A stretch of DNA of 64,000 nucleotides, from the NCBI GenBank assembly GCA_044220955.1, contig JBGAQA010000014.1, forward strand, positions 1 to 64,000, read 5' to 3'. This DNA is from Sandaracinaceae bacterium. Lineage in GTDB: Bacteria > Myxococcota_A > Polyangia > Polyangiales > Sandaracinaceae. Made by a program: the position numbers and the translations under genes. Every line of letters starts with the position of its first letter. Within the stretch, counting starts at the first letter, position 1. Under the pieces are notes generated by a model. That model ran no database searches and was not told where the DNA came from. It saw only the letters and a program-made list of their open reading frames with translations. Shown one piece after another: positions 56,587 through 64,000 of the stretch.

Positions 56587-59500
56587 GTGCTGACCGTATC
56601 GAACCTTCTCGGCGCCCTTCAGGAGGACCCGGACCAGGAGCAGACGATCGTCGATCTGCGCGACGCGCTGGCGAGCGGCGATCGTGCGCGGACGGGTGAG
56701 GCACCCTTGCGGCTGATCGCGCTGGCGCGCGAGCAGCACGAGGCGCGTCACGAGTGGACGGCGGCCGCTGGCCTGCTCTCGATCGAGATCGACCTGACCA
56801 AGGACGACGTCGATCGCCGCGCCGCGCTGCTCGTCCGCCTCGGGCGCATCCATCGCGAGGAGCTCCTCGACGACGAAGCCGCGAAGGTGGCGTACCAGGC
56901 GGCCAAGGAGCTGCGGCCGGGCGACGGGGACATCGAGGAGGCGCTCGAGGGGCTCGTCGCGGCCGAGGAGAACTGGAAGGACTTCGCGAAGCGCTTCGTG
57001 ACCGAAGCGGAGACGACCAGCGAGCCTTCGCTCAAGACGTCGCTGCTGGTGAGCGCCGCGATGCTCGTCTGGAAGTACAAGAAGAAGGGGCGCGACAAGG
57101 ACGTCGACCGCCTCTTCAAGCAGGCGCTCGAGGCCGACCCGGGCGATGCGCGCGCGGCGCGCTTGCAGGCGCACACGCTCCGCAAGCGCGAGAAGTTCGA
57201 CGAGCTCGCCGCGGCGCTGCTGGAGGCCGGCGAGCGGACCAAGACACGCGAGGATCGCCTCTTCTTCTACCGACAGGCCGGCCGTACGTGCGCTCGGGTC
57301 CTCAAGCAGAAGGACCGCGCCGCCGCCTGCTTCGAGCGTGTGCTCGACTTCGCCCCGGGTGACGAAGAAGCGATGGGCTTCCTCGTCGAGCACTTCACCG
57401 ACAAGGAGGCCTGGGATCACCTCGTCGCGCTCTACGACGACGCGCTGCGCTCGCGTCACAAGCTCGACAACGAGCTCGGGATCGTCCTGCAGATCGCCAT
57501 GGTCCACTGGCGCTTCCGGCAGGCGCCCGCCGACGCCGAGCCCTACTTCGCGCGCCTGCGCAAGGTCGACCCCGCTCACCCGGGGATGATCGCGTTCTAC
57601 CGCGACTACCTCAGGGCCATCGGCGACCACGCGAAGCTCGTCACGGTGCTCACCGACGCGCAGCGCGTCGCCAGCGATCCGAAGCAGAAGCTCGACCTCG
57701 CCGTCGAGCTCGCCAAGGCGGCCGCCTCGAGCGGCGCGACCGATCGCGCGATCGACGCGTGGAAGGCCGTCCAGCGCATCGACCCCCACCACGCCGAGGC
57801 GCTCCCCGCGCTCCGCTCGCTCTACCGCGCGGGAGGGAAGTGGAACGCGCTCGTCGAGATCCTCAAGAACGAGATCGAGGCGCTGCCGGAGGGGGCCGAC
57901 GATCGCAAGGTCGCGCTGCTCCGGGAGACGATCCCCATCTACCAGAACGAGCTGAAGCTCGACGTGATGGTCATCAACACCTGGAACGCGATCCTCGCGA
58001 TCCGTCCCCAGGACCACGACGCGCTCGACGCGCTCGCTTCGACGTACGAGCAGATGGGGCGCTGGAACGACCTGATCCAGGTGCTCGGGAAGAAGGCCGA
58101 CGCCGGCACCGATCCCAAGCAGCAGGCCGCGCTCTACATGCGCGTCGCGAAGCTCTGGATCGACCGCTTCGCGAACTACAACCAGGCGACGCGCCCGCTC
58201 GAGCAGGTCGTCGAGAAGGATCCGACGCACCGCGAAGCGCTGATGCTCCTGAAGGACATCTACACGAAGAAGCGCTCGTGGAAGCAGCTCTACGACGTGC
58301 TCCGCGCCGAGTCGGAGCTCGCGAGCGATCCCGACGTGCGGCAAGCGCACCGGATCGAGCTCGCGCGCATCGCGGGTGAGCGCCTGCACCGCGCGAGTGA
58401 CGCGATCGCGATGTGGAAGGAGGTGCTCGCGCACGCCGGTTCTGCCGGAGGCACGAGCGTGGACGAGGCGCTCGACTCGCTCGAGAAGCTCGCCGATCGC
58501 GAGAAGGACTGGGCGACCGTCGCGGAGGTCCTCGAGCGGCGCGTGGCGGACCCGAAGACGGACGAGAAGGAGACGATCAAGCTCCTGACGAAGCTCGGGA
58601 CCCTCTACGGCGAGCAGATGAACGACGGCGCGAAGGCCGCCGGGGCGTGGAAGCGGGTGCTCGCCATCGAGCCGAAGAACGGGCGCGCGCTCCGCACCCT
58701 GCGCGAGTCGTACGTCTCCGCCGGCGACTGGCCCTCGCTCGAGCAGCTCTACGGTGAGGCGAACGACTGGGACGGCCTGGCCGAGGTCTTCGGCAACGCG
58801 GCCGAGAAGGCCGAGGATCCCGCCGCCCGCGTCGACCTGTCGTTCCGCGCGGCGGCCGTGTACGAGACGCGGCTCAACCAGCCGCACCGCGCGTTCCGCA
58901 GCTACGAGCGCGCCCTCGCCACCGACCCCAGGAACGACCGCGCCGCCCGCGCGCTGCTTCCGATCTACGAGAAAGAGGAGAAGTGGGGGCGTGTCCCCGC
59001 ACTGTCCGAGGTGATCCTCGCCAACCTCGCCGTGGGCGGCGAGGCGACCCGGAGCGAGCGGCTCTCCATCCTCGAGCGCCTCCGCAAGCTCGCGAGCGAC
59101 CGGCTGAACGACCCGCAGGCGGCCGTGCGCTGGGCGGTGCAAGCGTTCGAGATCGATCCCACCGGCGCGGGCACGCGCGAGACGCTCTTCGCGACGGCCG
59201 AGAAGGCCAGCACGCCCGCGGCGTGGTCGGACGTGGAGAGGGCGCTCAGCGCCCGCCTCGGGTCGGCGAGCGGAGACGAGAGCCGGTGGCTCCGCGCGCA
59301 GATCGCCGCGATCGCGGGCGACCGCCTCGGACAGACGGATCGCGCCGTCGAGCAGCTGCGGGCGATGCTCGCCGCCGACCCCAAGGACGCGGACGCGGCG
59401 AGCTCGCTCGACCGCGTGCTGAGGGGCGCGGGGCGGCACGAGGAGCTCCGTGCGCTCTACGCCCACCGCATCGAGCACGCGGCGGACGATGCCGAGCGCT

Positions 59501-62500
59501 GGCTGCTGGTGTCCGAGCAGGCGCGGCTCGAGGAGGTCGAGCTCGGTGACAAGAGCGCCGCCGCCGCGCTCTACCGGCGCGCGCTCGAGCTCGACGCCAG
59601 CGATCGGGAGGCGCTCGCCGCGCTCGATCGCCTGGCGACGGAGGGTCGTCGCTACGACGAGCTGGCGGGCATCCTCGACAAGCGGCGCGACCTGGCCTCG
59701 TCCGATGCCGAGCGTGTCGATCTCACCCTGCGCCTCGGCGAGACCCTCGCGGGGCCTCTCGGCAAGCCGGGGCCGGCGAAGGAAGAGCTCGCGAAGGTGC
59801 TGGCGGCCAGGCCCACGGACGCGAGGGCCATCGGCCTGCTCGAGGAGATCGCCGCCTCGCAGCCGACGCTGGGCGACGCGATCGGCCGGGTGCTGGAGCC
59901 CGCGTACGAGGCGACCGGCTCTTGGGAGAAGCTGCGCGGCGTGCTCTCCGCTCGGATGGCGACGAGCCAGGACGGCGAAGAGCGGCGGGCGCTGCGCCTG
60001 CGCTTCGCCGATCTCTCGACCGAGCGGGCCAACGATCCGAACAGCGCGTACACCGTGCTCGAGGGGGCGTTCCTCGACGACCCCAAGGACACGACCCTGT
60101 GGGATCGGCTGCAGCAGGCGGCCGAGCGCGCGGGCAAGCAGGCGGAGGCGGCGGCCGCCATGGCGACGGCGATCGATGCCGGCGATCTGCCCCAGGGGGA
60201 TCAGGCGGCGCTCAGCAAGCGCGTCGCTGCGATCCACGCCGAGGTGCTCGGTCGCGCCGAGGACGCCGAGCCCTTCCACAAGCGCGTGCTCGCCTTCGAC
60301 CCCTCGGACGAGGATTCGTTCAACGCGCTGAAGGAGCTCTACACCGAGAAGGAGCGGTGGAACGATCTGCAGACGCTCTACCGCACGCGCATCGCGCAGA
60401 CGGTGGACGCGGAGGCCAAGCTCGACCTGCTCCTGCAGCTCTGCTTCCTCTTCGAGGAGCTGATCGACGATCCGTCCGCGGCGATCAGCGTGTACCGCGA
60501 CGTCCTCGAGATCGATCCCCGTCACGTGGCGGGCCGACGCGCGCTCGACAGGCTCTACGTGCGTACGGAGCGCTGGGCCGATCTCGCCGAGCTGCTCCGC
60601 GGGGACCTCGATCAGCAGGACGGCGACGAGGCGACGGCGACGATGGTGCGCCTCGGCGAGGTCCTCGAGACCAAGCTCGCGCAGCCCAAGGAGGCCGTCG
60701 ATCAGTACGAGGCGGCGATCAACAAGTCTCCCGATCACGACGGGGCGCGCGCGGCCCTCGAGCGGCTGCTGGCGAGTCCCTCGCAGCGCCAGCGAGTCGC
60801 TGCGATCCTCGAGCCGGTCCACGAGATGCGAGAGAGCCACGCGGATCTCGCGCGCGTGCTCGAGGTGCAGCTGGAGGCCCAGGACGACAAGGGCGCCAGG
60901 GTCGCGCTGCTCACGCGCATCGGTCAGATCCACCAGGGCAAGCTCGGCGACGCCGAGGCCACCTTCCGCGCCTACGCGCGGGCGGTCGAGCTCGATCCGT
61001 CCGACGCGGGCCTGCGCGCGGAGCTCGCCAGCGCGGCCGCGCAGCGCGGGGCGCACGCCGATCGCGCAGAGGTGCTGGAGAAGGCGCTCGCCGGCGCGGG
61101 CGACGACATGGCGCTCAAGCGTGATCTCGGCCGCGAGATCGCCCTGATCTGGGACGACATGCTCGGGGACGCCGCCCGCGCGGAGAACGCCTACAGCCGC
61201 CTCATCCAGGACGCCGAGGGCGACGCGGAGACGATCCTCGAGGCGTCGCGTGCGCTCGAGCGCATCCACGTCGCGAGCGGCGACCACGCCAAGCTCGCCG
61301 TCGACCTCCGCCGACAAGCCGACCTCGAGAGCGATCCCGAGCGCAAGCGCCAGCTCCTCGTGCGCCTCGGTGATCTCGTCGAAGAGCACCTCGGCGACCG
61401 CGCGCAGGCCATCGCGATCCAGGAAGAGCGCCTCGTGAACGATCCGAGCGACGCCGACGCGCTGCGGGCGCTCGAGCGCCTCTACGAGGCGGCCCAGAGC
61501 TGGTCGCCCCTCGCGGGCGTGCTCGAGAAGCTCGACGCGTTCGCGGCGAGCGACGACGAGCGCAAGCAGCTCGCGCGGCGCATCGGAGCGATCCGCGAGA
61601 CCAAGCTGGGCGACCGGGACGGGGCCATCGCGGCGTACAACGAGGTCGTCCAGCGGTTCGGCACGGATCGCGAGTCGCTCACCGCGCTCATCCGGCTCTA
61701 CGAGGCCGCCGAGCGCTGGACGGACCTCCTGGAGGTCGTCCTCATGGTGCGCGACCTGATGGGCGTCGGCGCCCCACGCACCGGGCTCACGTTCCACGCG
61801 GCGGAGCTGATGCGGACGCAGACGAACGAGATCGAGCGCGCGATCGAGGCCTACCAGGAGGTCCTCGAGGCCGACCCGCACCACGAGGGCGCGCTCGGTG
61901 CGCTCCACGACATCGCGCTCGACCCCGAGGCCTCCGAGCGCTTCGCCGCGGCGCGCGCGCTGCGGCCTCGCTACGAGTCGGGCGCGAACTACCCCGCGTT
62001 GATCGAGATCCTGCAGGTGCTCGCCAGCGGCGACGACCCGTCCGAGCGCCTCTCGGCGCTGCGTCGCGCGGCCGAGATCGCCGAGGGCCCGCTCGCGGAG
62101 CCGGGCAAGGCGTTCGATCTCGCGATGCGCGCGGCGCGTCTCGCGACCACCGAGCCCGAGATCGGCCCGCTGCTCGCGGACGGCGAGCGGCTCGCAGCCG
62201 CGTCCGACCGGTGGACCGACTTCGCCACCAACCTCATGGAGGTCGCGCCCGAGATCGCCGACGCCGACCTGCAGGTCGACGCCTACCGGAAGATCGCGAC
62301 GATCGCCGAGAACCGCCTCGCGGACACCGACACGGCGCGCCAGTACTACGAGAAGGTGCTCACCGAGCGCGGCGACGACCGCGCCGCGTTCGACGCTCTG
62401 GAGCGAATCGCGACCGCCGGAGAGAGATGGCCCGCGCTGCACGAGCTGCTCGTCCGCAAGACGGACACCGTGACGAGCCCCGAGGAGCGCGTGCAGCTCC

Positions 62501-64000
62501 TCTTGCGGCGCGCCGAGCTCTCCGAGACGAAGCTGGGCGACGTCCCGGGCGCGATCGACACCTACGACTCCGTCCTCGCGGAGTCCGAATCGGTCGCCGC
62601 CTACCAGGGGCTCGAGCGCCTGTACCAGACGGCGGAGCGCTGGCCGGACCTCGCCGCGCTCTACGAGCGCATGCTCGAGCGCAACGTCGGCTTCCCGGTC
62701 GACGTCCGCTTCAAGCTCGGCCGCCTCTACCGCGAGAAGCTGAACGATCCGTTCATGGCGCTCGAGCAATTCCGCGAGGCGCTCTCGGGCGGCGCGCCGC
62801 ACGAGCCGACCATCGAGCAGCTCGAGCAGCTGATGGCGTCGAGCGAGCAGCGCGCCGCGGCCGCGGCGGTGCTCGAGCCGATCTACCAGCAGCGCTTGCA
62901 GTGGTCGAAGGTCGAGGGGGCTCTCGAAGCGCGCCTCTCGGGCGAGGGGGACGTCGAGGTCCGCAAGGGCTTGCTCGAGCGTCTCGGACGGCTCCGCGAG
63001 GAGTACCTGGAGGATCTCGACGGCGCGCTCGGCATCTACGCGCGCCTGTTCCGGGAGGACCCTCGCGACGAGTCCACGTGGGACACGCTCGCTCGGCTCG
63101 CGAAGGCGATCGACGCGTGGCCACGCGTCGCGGAGATCTACAAGACGACGCTCGACGAGATCGGCGTCGACGACCCCGAGACGGCGAAGCTCGCGACGCT
63201 CGCGGCGCAGATGTTCGAGCAGCGCCCCGGCTTCTCCGGGCAGGGTGATCTCGACAAGGCCGCCGGTCTCTACGCCAAGGCGCTGGCGTTCTCGCCCACC
63301 GATCGGGGGGTGTTCCTGGCGCTCGAGGCGCTGCACCAGCGCCAGAAGAGCTGGGACGCGCTCCTGGCGCTCTATCGCGCGCAGATCGACGTCGCCGAGA
63401 CCGACGCCGAGCGCGTCTCGCTCCTCGAGAAGCGGGCGGCGGTCCTGCGGGACCAGAAGGCCGACGCCGACGCGGCGATCGACGCGTTCCGGGAGATCCT
63501 CGACGTCGACCCGCAGCACACGGCGGCGAACGACGCGCTCGACGCGCTCCTCACCCTGCGCGAGCGCTGGAGCGACCTGGCCGAGCATCTGCGGAATCGG
63601 ATCCAGTACGCGAACGGGGCGCAGGAGGTCGCGCTGCGACAGCGGCTCGGCGTGCTCCTCGCCGAGAAGCTCGACGATCGCGTCATGGCGATCGACACGT
63701 TCGAGGAGATCGCGCGCCAGAACCCCGAGCACGGCGAGTCGGTGGCGGCCCTCGAGAAGCTCGTCACCGATCCCGCGCATCAGGCACGGATCATCGAGAT
63801 CCTGGAGCCCATCTACCAGGCGACCGATCAGTGGCGGAAGCGGATCGCGATCCAGGAGGCCAAGGCCGCGCTGACGGAGGAGCCCTCCGAGAAGGCGGCG
63901 ATCCTCTCGGACGTCGGCCACCTGCACGAGGACCGCGGCCGGGACCTGGCCATGGCGTTCGACGCGCAGTCGCGCGCGATGGCGCTCGAGCCGGGCAACG
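56587..64000 (+). CDS. Giant TPR-repeat protein (at least 2471 aa, 3'-partial), resembling myxobacterial AgmK-type proteins
   Basis: Frame +1 reads as protein from GTG 56587 (GGAGA 8 nt upstream; alternative ATG 56509) to the window end. Recurrent A-I/V-x-x-Y/W-x-x-V/I-L-x-x-D-P..AL..L..LY..W..L units. It is absent from the ORF track, consistent with having no stop in the window. Confidence 0.9.
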   Translation, partial: MLTVSNLLGALQEDPDQEQTIVDLRDALASGDRARTGEAPLRLIALAREQHEARHEWTAAAGLLSIEIDLTKDDVDRRAALLVRLGRIHREELLDDEAAKVAYQAAKELRPGDGDIEEALEGLVAAEENWKDFAKRFVTEAETTSEPSLKTSLLVSAAMLVWKYKKKGRDKDVDRLFKQALEADPGDARAARLQAHTLRKREKFDELAAALLEAGERTKTREDRLFFYRQAGRTCARVLKQKDRAAACFERVLDFAPGDEEAMGFLVEHFTDKEAWDHLVALYDDALRSRHKLDNELGIVLQIAMVHWRFRQAPADAEPYFARLRKVDPAHPGMIAFYRDYLRAIGDHAKLVTVLTDAQRVASDPKQKLDLAVELAKAAASSGATDRAIDAWKAVQRIDPHHAEALPALRSLYRAGGKWNALVEILKNEIEALPEGADDRKVALLRETIPIYQNELKLDVMVINTWNAILAIRPQDHDALDALASTYEQMGRWNDLIQVLGKKADAGTDPKQQAALYMRVAKLWIDRFANYNQATRPLEQVVEKDPTHREALMLLKDIYTKKRSWKQLYDVLRAESELASDPDVRQAHRIELARIAGERLHRASDAIAMWKEVLAHAGSAGGTSVDEALDSLEKLADREKDWATVAEVLERRVADPKTDEKETIKLLTKLGTLYGEQMNDGAKAAGAWKRVLAIEPKNGRALRTLRESYVSAGDWPSLEQLYGEANDWDGLAEVFGNAAEKAEDPAARVDLSFRAAAVYETRLNQPHRAFRSYERALATDPRNDRAARALLPIYEKEEKWGRVPALSEVILANLAVGGEATRSERLSILERLRKLASDRLNDPQAAVRWAVQAFEIDPTGAGTRETLFATAEKASTPAAWSDVERALSARLGSASGDESRWLRAQIAAIAGDRLGQTDRAVEQLRAMLAADPKDADAASSLDRVLRGAGRHEELRALYAHRIEHAADDAERWLLVSEQARLEEVELGDKSAAAALYRRALELDASDREALAALDRLATEGRRYDELAGILDKRRDLASSDAERVDLTLRLGETLAGPLGKPGPAKEELAKVLAARPTDARAIGLLEEIAASQPTLGDAIGRVLEPAYEATGSWEKLRGVLSARMATSQDGEERRALRLRFADLSTERANDPNSAYTVLEGAFLDDPKDTTLWDRLQQAAERAGKQAEAAAAMATAIDAGDLPQGDQAALSKRVAAIHAEVLGRAEDAEPFHKRVLAFDPSDEDSFNALKELYTEKERWNDLQTLYRTRIAQTVDAEAKLDLLLQLCFLFEELIDDPSAAISVYRDVLEIDPRHVAGRRALDRLYVRTERWADLAELLRGDLDQQDGDEATATMVRLGEVLETKLAQPKEAVDQYEAAINKSPDHDGARAALERLLASPSQRQRVAAILEPVHEMRESHADLARVLEVQLEAQDDKGARVALLTRIGQIHQGKLGDAEATFRAYARAVELDPSDAGLRAELASAAAQRGAHADRAEVLEKALAGAGDDMALKRDLGREIALIWDDMLGDAARAENAYSRLIQDAEGDAETILEASRALERIHVASGDHAKLAVDLRRQADLESDPERKRQLLVRLGDLVEEHLGDRAQAIAIQEERLVNDPSDADALRALERLYEAAQSWSPLAGVLEKLDAFAASDDERKQLARRIGAIRETKLGDRDGAIAAYNEVVQRFGTDRESLTALIRLYEAAERWTDLLEVVLMVRDLMGVGAPRTGLTFHAAELMRTQTNEIERAIEAYQEVLEADPHHEGALGALHDIALDPEASERFAAARALRPRYESGANYPALIEILQVLASGDDPSERLSALRRAAEIAEGPLAEPGKAFDLAMRAARLATTEPEIGPLLADGERLAAASDRWTDFATNLMEVAPEIADADLQVDAYRKIATIAENRLADTDTARQYYEKVLTERGDDRAAFDALERIATAGERWPALHELLVRKTDTVTSPEERVQLLLRRAELSETKLGDVPGAIDTYDSVLAESESVAAYQGLERLYQTAERWPDLAALYERMLERNVGFPVDVRFKLGRLYREKLNDPFMALEQFREALSGGAPHEPTIEQLEQLMASSEQRAAAAAVLEPIYQQRLQWSKVEGALEARLSGEGDVEVRKGLLERLGRLREEYLEDLDGALGIYARLFREDPRDESTWDTLARLAKAIDAWPRVAEIYKTTLDEIGVDDPETAKLATLAAQMFEQRPGFSGQGDLDKAAGLYAKALAFSPTDRGVFLALEALHQRQKSWDALLALYRAQIDVAETDAERVSLLEKRAAVLRDQKADADAAIDAFREILDVDPQHTAANDALDALLTLRERWSDLAEHLRNRIQYANGAQEVALRQRLGVLLAEKLDDRVMAIDTFEEIARQNPEHGESVAALEKLVTDPAHQARIIEILEPIYQATDQWRKRIAIQEAKAALTEEPSEKAAILSDVGHLHEDRGRDLAMAFDAQSRAMALEPGN

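Noticed and set aside
56491..63927. 2478-aa minus-strand ORF
   Set aside because: Codon-registered antisense shadow of the + strand TPR gene. It has no recognisable motifs, and such shadows are expected with strong GC3 bias.

Overview
Very GC-rich, gene-dense bacterial DNA. Gene content (sigma54 activator, FHA/GAF signalling proteins, DAG-repeat lipoprotein, giant TPR protein) suggests Myxococcota, probably Polyangiales; this is inference. Layout: (i) 1-17243 holds a partial TPR-GAF-sigma54 activator, a LolC/E-type permease, an FHA-GAF adenylate cyclase, a coupled three-gene operon (helical protein, HPD-less J-like protein, atypical Hsp70), a TetR/hydrolase/DsbA-fold operon with a visible operator, a metalloprotease-propeller-Omp85 protein and an FHA-DUF4388-like protein. 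(ii) 17260-56138 is a ~39 kb surface polysaccharide locus with WecA-like priming enzyme, Wzc, Wzy-like and O-antigen-ligase-like proteins, an ABC flippase-like protein, six glycosyltransferases, two AsnB amidotransferases and UDP-, putative GDP- and CDP-sugar modules. No Wzx, Wza or Wzb was recognised. (iii) From 56587 a giant + strand TPR gene, missed by the ORF track, runs off the window end. I saw no rRNA, tRNA, CRISPR array, integrase or transposase. Best novelty candidates: a lipoprotein with a phage head-fibre-like domain closing a sugar-modification operon, the Hsp70/HPD-less-J operon, a WbpD-WbpE fusion, a membrane-anchored transglutaminase-like protein in the glycan locus, and the hybrid export architecture. 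All calls come from reading motifs by eye, with no database searches; several start codons were re-assigned by hand.
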